From Cycas panzhihuaensis (taxonomy: Eukaryota; Plantae; Cycadophyta): a stretch of DNA of 64,000 bases. A program made the translations under genes and the position numbers. Below the pieces are notes generated by a model that had not been told where the DNA came from, did no database searches, and was given only the letters and a program-made list of their open reading frames with translations. Shown piece by piece: positions 41,761 through 55,539 of this stretch; the stretch's first letter is position 1, and every line of letters starts with the position of its first letter. The DNA is taken from positions 85,567,741 to 85,631,740 of the forward strand of contig CM041465.1 of NCBI GenBank assembly GCA_023213395.1, given 5' to 3'.

Positions 41761-44700
41761 ACAAGACATATGTTGCATTGTTGGGCAAACCTTGGTTGTT
41801 GGCCACTAAAGCCATACAAGATTCTGGTAAATTCACGTTCAAAATATGTAGTGGTGGTAAGACCACTAAAATGCCATTGAGGTCGGACGAACCAAATATT
41901 GGGAAGATTGTAGATGAAAATGTGGCCTCAACAATTGCCAATGAAAGCGATCCAATGGCAAGTTCCCACTTAGAATCTACATATTAGATGAGGGACTCAA
42001 AACTAGTTGAAGAACAATAAGATCAATTGGAAGATAATTGATCTTTGTCTTATTTGGAGCATTGATTACACGACACTTATGAAATGACTAAGAAGCCCTT
42101 TTGTTACCACTTGGTGATTTTTGATGATTTGAGAGCACGAAAAAGAGAGGAAAATTATGAACTTGAAGAGCAATTTTGGGATGTTCCTTGTTATCATATG
42201 GAGTTTGTATTTGATAGTTCAAATGTATCAACAACAAGAGATGTGGATGTAGAATTTTGAGATGCTACATTCTATCATTTGGAATTTGGGTTAGATTATG
42301 TTGATACTGCAAAGGTTGAATGGGATTATGAATTTGAAGAAGAATTCTAGGATGCTTGGAGTGATAAAGCAACCCTGGATGATGAATTGAGAAGTGAAGA
42401 TGACATAAATAGCTTGCATATCAAGATTGATTCTCAAAAGATTAAGACTACGGAGGTAGCGATTACAACTATAGATGCAAAAATTGTGACCTCAAGGGTA
42501 GAGTTCGCAACCTTAGGGGCAGAGATTGTGCCTAGTACATAAGAAATAGTGAATCATAGAGAATCTAAATGAAAGGAGTGCATCACAATCAAAGTAAACC
42601 TGAGGCTAGTGGCACAAGATAAATAGATAGAGATATCAAGATTGCAAGAAGCCAATAAAGATCATAAATAGTGAAGTAGAGTTCGCAACTCAAGGAAAGT
42701 AGCTCACAAACAATAGTAGTGAAATAATAGGAGAAGGAATACAAATCCAGTTGCATGAAAATGGGGAACATCTAATATTGTGATGGTTATCAGGTAACCT
42801 AACTATCCATAGAAACAATTATGGAATTGCCTCAATTTGATGGAATTGTATTGTGCATGACCATTGAACATGTTTAAAGTTGCGCTAGAATTTGCATGAA
42901 AAAATATTAATGGAAATGGAATCATCGGATTTATCTTTTTCTATCATCTTTGGTATGATAGGTCTATAATGCATAAAATGTTTGAGATTCAATTTCAAAA
43001 GAACATTTTAAAACTACCTCAATTTTGTAATGGAATGAACTCATATTGGCATCTCCATAAGTGTAAGGAACTACGAAAATAGAATAGTATTCCCAAAAAA
43101 ACATGGACACATTATTGGACTAATATATTTGTTAGTCTTAATTTGAATACTGAGAAAGGTCAAATAAGATGGAGTGGACTCTCAACTCCAATAGAAATTT
43201 TCCAAGACCTTTGCATACCAAAGTACTTGCCCTAAGGCTTAAGATGTATTGTATGCCTTAAAACAAAAAATTGGACAACCAAATTCTGTTTGCTTCAACC
43301 TGCAAACAGACTCTAAGGAATCAATGGTGGACAAGCAATGCCCTAAACCTAAACTCCCTTCAAAGGAGGACAATCAACAAGAATCTAGAAGCTTTTTGAA
43401 ACATACTTTATAATATAGAATGGCAATTGGGAAATTAACAAAACAATGATCTACAAAATGACATCTGTTAAAGCTAAGGAATTGGAAGTGCAAAGTAAGT
43501 GCTGGGATAGAAGAACAACTCCAATGTGTTGTTATGGGTTATTATTAGGATACTGAAACAATTGCACATTTTATGGAGTTTGAAAGACATTTTCTCCTGG
43601 ACTTATAATGACCTTGAGGAAATTTTGCTTGAATTGGGCAAATATTGTATTAAGATCATGGGAGGGGTAAAGCCAATATGACAAAGACCTTATAGGATGA
43701 ATTTGAAGTACAAAGAAAACATTAATGCTCAATTGCATAAATTCCTAGAAATAGGCTATATATTTGAAACAGAAAACAACAAAAGGATCATCCTAGTAAT
43801 GGTTATGCTAAAAAGAAAGTAGGAAATTATGGTTTTGTGTATATTATTAAGCTTTTAATAAAGCAATGAAAAAATATTATTCTCCAATTCCTTTTATTGA
43901 AGATGTGTTGTGAAAGATAGTGGGGCATAAAGTCTTTTCATTCACTAATAGGTTTAGTGGTTATGACCAAAGTTTGAATTTCTCTAGAAGGTTAGTTGAA
44001 AAGAACATTTATTATTGAATGCAGAATATACACATATTGCATAATGTCATTCCTACTAATAAATGCACCAATGATTTTCTAACTGGTAATTGTAGACATT
44101 TTTAAAAAAATGATTAAAATATTTTTAGGGCATTGGACTCTCTATATATTGTTGAATGATCATTTAAATAATTTCTAATTACTTCTAAAATCTTATCACC
44201 AAAATGGATTATAAGTAAATATGGAGAAATATACCTTCATGGTACCATTTGGGACTTTGTTTAGTTGCATTGTAACAAAAAAAGGGTTATTGATAAATCC
44301 AATAAAGATAGTCTTGATCTTGGAATTTAGTTCTCAATACAACAAAGCAGTAAAAGGATTTTTAGATTAGCTAGCTACTACAAAAAATCTATTAAAGATT
44401 ATTCTTATATTTTAGACCCATTAGAATTTTTATTGGACAAAGACATGTTGCAGGAATAAGCCTTAAGATTTAAGCTAGCATTTAATCTATAGAAGAAAAT
44501 TGTGTGTATAAACTCCAATTTTGTTGTTTCTTGATTAGACAAAACCTTTCCATGTGCATGTCGATGCATTGTTATATGTGATTGGATGTGTTATAGCACA
44601 ACTAAAAGACACAAACATTGAACATTGAACATTGAACACAACATTTGCTAGCAAGAAGTAACATAGGCAGGGTGTAACTACTCTGTCACATAGAGAGAGA

Positions 44701-45160
44701 GAGGCCTTAGGAATGGCTTTGTAATTCAAAAATTTTGACACTAATTATTGGTTGATCTTTTTGTCATTTACTAGACTATCAAACATTATAATATTTGACC
44801 AATAACCTAGTTCTTCATGTTCTTATTAGTATATGGTTGATGTCATTTCAATAATTTACTGTCAAAATAGTGGGCAAAAAGGAAACATACGCGCTATTTT
44901 AGATTAGTTTTCAAGAATCCATATTTGGAAGAAAGTAACTAGAGTAGCTAATGACTTTGTAGATACTAAATTATTTGTGATTGAAATAGTACCTAACTGG
45001 TATATAGATATAGTGGAATGTATGGCCTTTAGAAAGTTGCCACTAAGGTTGGAATAGGTTGAACAAACAAGTTTTGTACGAAGAGCCTTGCTATTCCAAT
45101 TGATTTAAGAGATGCTACACCAAATGGGATTTGATGAAATACCATAATGATGCATATTAG

Positions 45161-45247
45161 TCGTATTGCTCTTGATGAGAACCAATGCCCCTCGCTATAT
45201 ATATGTACATTTCTTGGCTACTTAGCAAGTCAGCTCCAATTTGCTAG
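45161..45247. mobile_element. 87-bp micro-insertion in element H with ATTAG duplication
   Basis: ATTAG at 45156-45160 and 45248-45252; removing it restores C-I-L-E-H-E, collinear with element G CVRQYE. Confidence 0.6.
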
Positions 45248-46962
45248 ATTAGAACATGAAGGGGGAACAATATTATGAGAGGCCCATGAAGGGATTTCAA
45301 GAGGACACCAAGAACCATGTGCTACAACTAGAAAAATTCCATTAACAACACAGTGGTGCACTATCTTGTTCTAGGATGCAAAACAATGGATAAAGAAATG
45401 TGATGTTTTCTAGTGGGTAGGCTAACTGACTAAACGTAATTATTAACATAAGCACCATTCGAATAATGGCGCTCGAGTTTTGTGAGACCACTTAGTCTAG
45501 TTGCTTCTTGGACTAGTGACAAACATATATTTGTGACAACAAAGTTTATGACAAAGTGAATAGAAACCCATGAGGTAATATGATGTAAGAAATATGGTGA
45601 GATTTTTTGTATGAAATGATTATAGTTTAATATGGATGCCCTCTTGAAATTGTTTCACATCAAGGATCTGGATTCATCAATCAAGTTATAAAGCATCTCA
45701 CTTTGGAATTCATGATTTATCACACGAGATCTTCACCATATTATCTTTTAGCAAATAGTTAGGTGAGTATGATTTTTTTTTTTGAACTTGATGATTTTAT
45801 TAATAGAAAATTATTTGCGTTATTATTTACTTATGTGCTTAAGTCATAACTTAATGTTATGAGTGCTAATAGTTAGGTGAGTTAATTAGGAGGTCAAAAT
45901 CTTTAATGGTTGTGTGACGTGTTTAAGGCAATTATTGGTCCAATGGGTGGTTATTTATCTACATATGTACTTATAATTGTAACGTACACTGTACATATAT
46001 GTGAGTTGTGAATCAATTCAAAACTTTGAAGATTAAGTAATTCTACTAGAAAACTCTTTGTATTATTTATGTTTTTGGGAGTTGACACTAGAGGAGAAGA
46101 CTAGCACCAATTACTCACTCATTGAGAGACAACTATGCTAACTGGGGAATTAAAGCTACCCATAGAAATGCCAAAGGGAATACTTATATGTAGCGTAAAT
46201 TGCATGTTTGGTAGAGAATTTGCCAGGTTCTTTTATAGATTGATGACACTTTCAATGAGTATTGGCTATGTATATCACCGTGGGTTATGATTTGAGCAAT
46301 CATACTACTTTCACAAAGCCCTCAAATCTTAATAAATTCAAATGACGATTCAGAGTGAAAGTTGAAATTCCAAATTGTAGTTCATAAGTCAAAACAGTTA
46401 GATGGTAGATAAACCTTTTATTTTATAAGATTTGATTTTAACCAAACTAAATTTTATAAATTTTTGAAATCCAATTGAGCCTCCTACCCTGTTAGCCTAT
46501 GGTTATATGGAAAAAAATGGCCAAGCCAATTTCTAGCTCCCCCTGTGGCATTTTTTGTTAGTAAACCTAGTTAAGAGTATTGTTAAATACAATGTTTCAT
46601 GTGGATATGAAGGGACAAAATTCATAAAGAGTCATGGAAGGGTTACAACCATTGGCTTGACGTATCAGTTGGAAGATTATAAGTATGGATCTTTATTGTA
46701 TTGAATAATCATATTATATTATGTTGAAGATCAAGCATTGCATCCAATCAAGGTCAAGTGATCTTAATAGGTCATGAGTTTATTTTGTATTACAATATAA
46801 TCAATAAGAGTGTTAGTAGATTTTTATCTATAGGGGTTTTTAATGATAATATTGTTAGAATTATTAAACAAAATTACTCTGATACCAAGAATTATTGCAC
46901 TAATATGTACATGGACATATATTAAAGAATGAAATAAACAATGGAATACAAATACATAAATG

Positions 46963-49900
46963 TGTAAAAAATAATAATATAACAAAAAATAAAATGAACA
47001 ATGAACAAACACCAGGATTAAAATGGTATCGCTTCATACTTTTTAATTTTATTCAATAATGTAAGGTACAAGATAATAATACATAGATGTCTATTTATGC
47101 ACAATGGTAATGAACATTTATGCATATTTATAATATAGGCCACAAAATATGGTGGACCCCCACACAAAAGTAATGATAAATATATCATTACTTTTGTGTG
47201 GGGGTCCACCATATTTTGTGGCCTATATTATAAATATGCATAAATGTTCATTACCACTAAATTTACTCCTTAATTTACTTTAATACTTCCTCATAATGCA
47301 CATTTGAGAAAACATCCAAATATTCTCTGAATTGATGATGCTTGAGCTTGGATAATGCCTTGGTGAAACTATCAACAACTTGATATTTTGTTCAACAATA
47401 AAGGAGTTCAATCTGAGCTTGTTGAGCTAGTTCTCGAATATAATGATATTTGATCTTGATGTGTTATGTTATGTTGTGCAAGACTGGATTTTTTGTTATT
47501 TGAATTGCGTTATGATTGCCACAATGAATCATTGTTGGTTCATTTTAAGTTTGAGTAGATCCTATAATATCCTTCTGAGCTAAACTACTTCATGAGCAAT
47601 TGTTTCAATAACTTTGTACTCTGCTTCAGTTATAAACAAAGAAATTGTAAGTTGTTTCTTCGCATTCTATGAAATTGCAACTAAACCAATGTTGAAAGTA
47701 TAACCTAGAATAGATTTTCTATCTTCAATATCACTTGCTCAATGAACATCTATGTAACCAATCAACTTGCATTTATTTGATGAAGTATATTGAAGTTCAT
47801 AATCTAAAATTCTTTTAATGTATCTCATATTTTTTCTTTTTTGTAGTCTAATGTTCTTATTTGGGATCTAACATGAATCTTGAAGTTAATTCACTGTATA
47901 TGCTATATCAAGTTGAGAATTTATTAGGTAAATTGGATTTCCTATTAATTAATAATACATAATAGGATCAACTGATATAGATTCTTCATATTTACTTAAC
48001 TTCAACTCGACTTCAATATGAGTAACACTTAGATTACAATTACTCATGTTGAACTTCTTCAAAATATCCATAGCATATTTACTTTGTGACGTGTATACCA
48101 CTTTCACTTTGCCACGTTTCAATACCAAGATAATGTAATTATCTCACATCTGTCATTTTAAAATTTAAATTTATATCATCCTTGAATTCTTAGAATAACT
48201 CATCATTATTTCTTATATAAATAAGATCATCAATATAAAGTGCAACAATCAAGATGAAATTACTAGCAGTCTTTACATACAAATTTGGATCTAATGGGAT
48301 TTTTTTAGAATTCTTTATCTTGAAAATACTTATCAATCCTGGAATACCACATTCTTGAAACTTGTTTTAATCCATATAAAGCTTTATTTAATTTACAAAC
48401 TAAATTTTTGGTTCTTTCAACTTCAAATCCTTAAAGTTGAGATACATAAATTTCTTTATCAACATAACCATTAAGAAATATTGACTTAATATCTATTTGA
48501 TAAACTACCTAACTTTGATAAGTAGTTAATGATAAGAAATTACTAATTGTGTCCATCTTAGTATCAAGAGTAAATGTTTCTTCATAATCAATTCTTTTTT
48601 GTTGAGAATAACCTTTTGCAATAAGCCTAGCTTTGTATTTATCAATTATACTATTAACTTTCTATTTGGTCTTGTATATCCACTTAATTCTAATTACATC
48701 TTTACCAACATGTAACTCAACCAAACCCCATGTCTCATTTCTAAACAAAGCATCATATTCAACCTCTATAGTTTGAATCTATTCTTCACTTTTAGTAGCT
48801 TCATCAAATGTCTAAGGTTCATTACTTTGTATTACTTAAGTCATTAATGCATAATTAACTTTATCTTACAATCTTGTTAACTTCCTTTCAAAATTTATAT
48901 CAAGAATATCATTTAGATTATGACTTCTCACATGCCATTTTGGACATTTACTTTATTCATGACTTGGCCTTGAACTTTATTCAAGTTTTGAAGATTAAAT
49001 AGGCTCAAGATTTATCACAATTTATTTGCCTTTATCAACATTATGTTTGTATGTAGCATGTTCAACAAAACTACTATCCTTACTCACAAATAATTCCTTT
49101 ACCATATGATTGAAAAATGTATAGGCTTGTTGTACACTTAAGTAGCATACGAAAATAGATTTGATACTTTTACTTTTTAATTTTGTTCTTTGTTCATTAA
49201 GAACATACGTATATGCAATACAACCAAACACTTTTAAATTACCCCCAATCAAGTTTATAACCTATCAAAGTTTTTGTTGGAGTTAAGTTCTTTAAAATTT
49301 TGGTAAGATTTATATTCAATAAAAAAGTTGCAGTATTTACTGATTTAACCCAAAATTAATCATCAAATTATTTTCCTTTCAACATGTATCTTGTTATTTC
49401 TATAACAATTTTTATCCTTCTTTCAACTAGTCCATTTTGCTAAGGTGTATATGGAGTTGTGAATTATTTTCTTATTCTAACTTTATTACAAAAACCTTTA
49501 AAATTATTTGAGATGAATTCTCATCCATTATCTAAATGGAAAATCTTTAACTTGTATCCACTTTATCTTTCGACTATACCTCTAAATTTAACAAATCTAC
49601 CAAATGTTTTAAATTTTTGTTTGGTAAAATAAATCTGAACATTTCTTGTAAAATCATCATCCAAGATTATGAAATATCTAGCACTTCTAAATGATAATTT
49701 CTTCATAAGATCACGCAAGTCAATATGCACCAACTCTAGAGGATGTTAGGATTGATATTGAGGTTCAAGAAAGTAATTTTTATATTGTTTTTTATAAATA
49801 CATACTTCACACACATCACTATTATCTTGAATAAGTGGAATACCTTTTATCATTTCTTTTATCCTTAAATTAATAAGTCTGCCATAATTAAGATGACCAA

Positions 49901-52900
49901 ATCGATGATGTTAATGCATACTATTATCAATAATTAAAACATTCAAGACTTGAGTTTGTAGACAAAACACAAGTTTGAACAATTTATCTTTAGTCATTTG
50001 GTATTTAACAACGATCATTTCACTGTTTAACTTGTCACAAATTTTACATTCACCATTATCAAATATTAACTTATATTTTTGTTCCATTATTTGATCAACA
50101 GATAATATATTCCTATTCAAACTAAGTATAAGCAAGACATTATAAATATTTTTATTCTCTCCATTACTTGTTTGAATAGAAACAACACCTTGTCCTTGAA
50201 CTTATTGAGTATTGTTACCACAAAAAATAAATTTGTACTTCTTGTCATCATCTTCAAGCCTTAGAAATAAATCAACATTGTGAGATATATGTGGGGAACA
50301 TCTTAAATTAATATACCATTCATCATCTGAAGATTGAGCACTCAAGTTAATTCAAAACAAATTTTATTTCCTTAGTCTATCAATAACTACATTTGTTGAA
50401 TTATTCCTTTTCATTTGAGATTCATTGGTGAAACGACAATGAGTACTATATTTGAAACATAAAGGTGCAATAACTCTTCCTCTATCTCTTTCTTAAGGTG
50501 TAAGAGTTTTGCTACTACATCTACCTTTCATTGGACTTCTTCCATGAGATTTCTTTTGAAGCATTTCTTCCTTGAAAATTTTCTTGATTTTCTTGAAAAT
50601 TCGCTTAAAAATGTGGTCTCCTAAATCTCCCCCTCAAGTAAGCTATTGAGGTAAATGCTTATTCTAAACTCTCATTTGAGGTCTTATTCTTTTATTCTGC
50701 TATAATCAACATTGCAAGTGTTTGATCAATAGTCAAAATAGACAAATCTTTTGTAATTTCAATAGTAACAATAATATTATCAAACCTTTTGATTTCACCA
50801 GTACTCTTTAGAATTTTCTCTACAATTCTTTGTTTTAAAACCTTTTCACCTAAGGATCTCATTTGATTCATCAAATCTTGAGTCTTAGTGATGAAATCAT
50901 TCACAGATTCATAAGCAAGCATCCTAAGATTTTCAAAGATTCTTCTTACGTTTTGCAACCTTGGACTAGTAACACCTTTATAAGTAATTTTTAAAATATT
51001 TCATACTTCATGAGAAGTAGTAAGACCATATACACTTAGGAATATATGATCATCTAAAGTAGAATAAATGAAACTAATTACTTCACTATCTTTCTTTTCA
51101 AGCTCAAATTTTTTATTTTCTTAATGAGGTGTTAACTAAGTAATAGGTGGAATAGGCACTAGAATTGTATAGCCCTAAGAAACAATATCTATAAATCATA
51201 AGAAAACAAAGCAAGTTTCATTCTTCTTAACCACATCAAATAATTTTTTCTATTAAACTTGGGAATCACAAAATTTCAATAAGAAGGAGATGCCATCCTA
51301 CAAATGTAAATCAACCATCACAAGTGTAGAAATCAATTACAAATATAAGCAAGAAAGTATAACAAGCACACAAATCCCTCTAACTAGGGATATCAATCTT
51401 GTCCCTTAAATTTGGGACCTCCTTCTGCCTCCTTATCGTTGAAAGCATTTGAAATACAAATATGACTATTATTTATTAATTACCTTTATAATACATATCT
51501 AGGGTTTAAAATAAACTTCCTTAGAGTAAAAAATGGGTAGGAAAAATGTTTATTTGAATGTAAAAGATAAAATTCCTCAATTACTACATAGGGTTCTAAT
51601 ATAATACATCAACTTTGAACTAAAATTCTTTATCAAAATGATGCAGGAGCATTTAGAAAATGTTGTTTACTAGAAATGGAATAAGTTAGTGCCATATGAA
51701 TAAAAGTATGGACTATTATATATCAAAATGATTGTCTAAGAAAACTTTATATATTGCAAAGAAATTATATTATTTTGCAAACTTCATGAATCAATTTTAG
51801 GCCCAAAATACATAATCTAATTGCCCTAAATTTTAGTTTGAGTTTTTTTTTTTTTTTTTTTTAATATATATATAAAATTATAAGTATCACTTTTATTTTA
51901 CTTTATGAGTGCTTACATGGGGCCCTTGACATGTTTAACTATCCATGGATTACTTTTTATATGATTTGGAGTATTTTAAAAAAAGTATTAAAAATAAAAG
52001 TTTCAGATTGGGGAGTCTTTTCACTCTAACTTAGTTTCTTAATTTTATGGGATGGTTGTTAGAATTTTTGCATGGCCAAAGGCCATGAATTTACATATTT
52101 ATAAATTGTAAAAATACTCAATTTTCAGTTTTGGAGTTTGTGTAATAAAAAACTAGAAATTTATAAAAGAAGTATTTTGTGGAGAGCTTGGTTTTATTTT
52201 ATTTGAGACATTATTCTAATTACATGTTTGTGTTGCTAAAGAGATCACCACCCCATCATAAATCAACTTCAAAATACCTCAAATCATAGCTCAAAATGAT
52301 AATCTCTAAATTAGGATTCCAATAGTTCAAAAAGTAGACTTTTGGATCAAAAGATATTAAAGAAAGAGCATATGTTTCTTTTTTGAAAACTTAAAATAGG
52401 GTTTAACACCCTCTCATAGGTTGATGGCTAATTGCATAGCCTCAACACATAATCAAGGGCTGATGCACCGGGGGTTAGTGGACTCTAAATTATATTCAAT
52501 TGAGCTTAATGTCACAAAATATTAGAAAAAAATAAACTTAGATTAAATTCCACACCTGTGCAAATTTTTTTTACGAAATTCAATCAAAATGTGATTGAAT
52601 TGAATTGTAGATTAATCAAAACTATACCAAACAAATATAAATTAGATTGAAACTGTCAGTATCCTCTTTTATGAATAGATAAAATACAAGATCATAATGA
52701 TAAGATTGAAATCTCCTTTATGGTGGGGTACCCAACTTAACATGTAGGCTTATGCAACACAATGATCATGATCAAGCTAGAGGCTTCACATGATGATGCT
52801 AGATAAAGAAGGCATGCATCTTGAACTAAATTTGTTATATGACAATTATAATGGTGAATGGTAATTACATAGACAAACTCTAGGTAGCAATGTTCACTGA

Positions 52901-53529
52901 ATAGAGACAGATGAATATAATCATCACGAACAACAATCACAATGAGGAAATCTCTATGAAAACTAAAACCATAGACATGTCATATAAGTGCATGCAATAA
53001 TGGTAGATTACACGTAAAATCAAACAGAGGGAACCAAGACATAAGTTGAAATGACCTCTATAAATAGGAAACAAACTAAAATAGCATCATACAAAATGGG
53101 TAATTCTACAAATGGGATAACTGAACAAAACTGTGTATGTCCATTTCTCTCATAGGTGTAGGTACCATGCTAGGGTTTCACCCTAACATCACAAACTAAC
53201 TACAAAACTCTACGAAGCCACCTCCACAAACTAGCAAACTGGCAACCTACAAATGGTAGAACCTTGCAAAACTACTATTCTAATACAATCTAAAAATTAA
53301 TAATAAAATAGAAAAAACAAAAATTAATGAACAAACACCAGGTCAAAATGGCATCACTTGATACCTTTTAATTTTATTCAATAATGTATTATACAAGATA
53401 ATAATATATAGATGTCTATTTATAATACATCATTGCTTTTGTATGGGGCCCACCATATTTTGTGGCCTATATCATAAATATGCACAAATTCATATTACCA
53501 CTAAATTTACTCCTTAATTTTCTCCAATA
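46963..53529 (-). mobile_element. Full-length, heavily decayed Ty1/copia element (E)
   Basis: LTRs 46963-47285 and 53289-53529; perfect TSD AAATG at 46958-46962 and 53530-53534; degenerate PBS complement ~53277-53288; gag start 51296 (PKFNRKNY), IVEKILKS, LKVFGCIAY, RT/RH remnants down to ~47300. Confidence 0.9.
47105..47256. repeat. Perfect inverted repeat (74-bp arms, 4-nt loop) in element E 3' LTR
   Basis: 47105-47178 is the exact reverse complement of 47183-47256. Confidence 0.97.
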
Positions 53530-55539
53530 AAATGAGGTGATCTAAGAGACATAATAATAAGCATGTAAAAATAATGAAGTATGTATCAAGACATAAGACA
53601 ATAAAACTAGTGGGTAATGATCATCTCCAAATATTATATTAAGAGAGAAACATACTTATAGAAACACACACCTTACAAATGTCTAAGTAGATTTGAGAAC
53701 CATTATGGAGACCTATGAGTGTATGTAAACAAATGTGCTTTGTATAATTTTTCATAGGATCACACTTTTATAATTACATAAGAGAGGGGTTTTTCACTAA
53801 TAATTAAACATTTTTCCTAATACCCCTACCTGCCTACCCTCTCGTGCCCAAAATGTTTAATTATACAAAAAAATATAATGCCGGATAAATATTTTTATCT
53901 CAGTTTTAAATACAAATAGTTGTTGTTAGAGTCTAAAATGATCCTATAACTGTGAGAGGACCAGAGGTAGGTCAGGTAACCTGAGTTGTGTAGGTACAGA
54001 CCGTACAGAGGTATGCACGGGGTAAAACGGTAGAGAAATTGGCATTATGGGTACGTATGACAGGTACGTACCTAGAACGAATGCGTATGGCGGATACGTG
54101 CAAGCGGCAACGGAACCAAGCGAGGCAGACGCATGACTCAAAGGACCCGGTGAAGACACATTGAGCTGCGGACATATACGTCTGGATGTACGGATACAAA
54201 GGTTAATTAATTAAGTGCCTAAACAAGTGATTAAGGGAAAAGGTACATATGGTGAAGAATGCGGTTATGACAGTATCATAACCCTTCAGCCAAAAGGTAC
54301 CAACATGAGTACTTAAGGAGGTACGCATGAACCACCAGGTGAGGGTGAGAGTTGATTATCATGGGTACGCAAAGGTGTGGAAGCCAGCACGTATGACAGC
54401 CAATTGGAGTAACACTGTATGATAAGTACCATCTGGGTACACATATGTAACAGAAGGAATGTATGCTACTGGAATACTCAGGAATGCATTCCAACCTCTG
54501 TGTAATTGAACTGTTTACTTAATAAAAGGAAGAGTTACATGGAAAATGGTGTATTCTATGTGTTATGATGATAATTTGCTAAGTATGTATTGATTTCTAT
54601 ACTGTTGTGTACCATTATGGTGTAATTCTGTGAAATATATGTGGAATGTATATGAATGACCATGTTGACAGTATCCTGGACTAGACTATAGCGCTGTGTA
54701 AACCTTGACAAGTGTAGCAGAGGTATCTTGTAAGTGTAATAAGTTACCCCAGCAGTCAACATTGGTTCTATTGCCTACGTCTATTGAGGAGGGATAGGGC
54801 TTAGGGGTTTCAAAGAAAAGAATGTGTAAAGGGCAGAGGACCTTGGCTGCCGTTGTGATGGCGGTACGTAATTAAGCCACCGGCTAGGGACCTTCCAATG
54901 CCACCTAAGAGGCCTTCAAGGTTGGAGGAGCCCCAGAAGGATACTTCACCCAAGGAAAAGGAGACCAGCAGACAAAGGGCACTAAGATGGTCGAAGGAAG
55001 CAAAACTCAGAAGGGCAAGGAGATTAAGTTCGCAGAACAATGAGACTAAGGGACAGTCCATTGAAGGATCTTAGGTAAGTGGAGCCCAGACACCTCAGGA
55101 AGAGGAAATTAATGGCAAACGCATGGTATTGACACCAGCCCCATCAGAGATGATTTGTTTAGCCCAGAAATTGAAGGGAAAACAAAAGTGGATGAAAAAC
55201 ATCAAGAAATCTTAAAAGAGGGAAGTATACCTATGGAGGATGGCAGAAGGACCAGTGTGGCATGATAAGAAGGCAGAGGAAGGTCCTTTGGCATATTGGG
55301 AGAATAAGCTAACGAGACAGCTTTTTGAAGATTCGACAGAAAGGGGATCTGATCAATCTTATATTACGGTGACACCATTGACTATACAAGTTCTAGGTGT
55401 AGTGGAACCCATACACATCAAAACTCCATTTAAGAATCCGCTGTTTGGGAAAGATAGTACAGTGGTAAGCACTCCCAGTGCATCCCCGAAGGAGGGAAGA
55501 AAGGAAAAATCACCACCAGGTGGAGGACAGTTGCAATCT

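Larger units (their letters stand above)
37542..45768 (+). mobile_element. Decayed non-chromovirus Ty3/gypsy element (H), tRNA-Glu-type PBS, 3'-truncated in integrase
   Basis: 5' LTR 37542-38044 (TGTGTG...CACGCA); PBS TGGTTCTGTTGTC at 38046; gag remnant ~38950-39600 with CHLCLR*GHLGIDC knuckle; protease KTIVDGG (duplicated); RT, RNase H (FHVHVDA) and integrase remnants collinear with element G. Confidence 0.85.

Noticed and set aside
45751-45882. Poly-T tract between 18-bp direct repeats resembling a TPRT insertion
   Set aside because: Integrase does not resume after the second repeat, and the intervening DNA matches the element C LTR region (TTAAGT.ATAACTTAATGTTATGAG, ~19001), so it is more likely a rearrangement junction with an LTR fragment.
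46876-46887. Extra iMet PBS complement (ACTCTGATACCA) beside element E
   Set aside because: Probably belongs to an older LTR remnant that E inserted into; boundaries could not be defined, so not annotated as an element.
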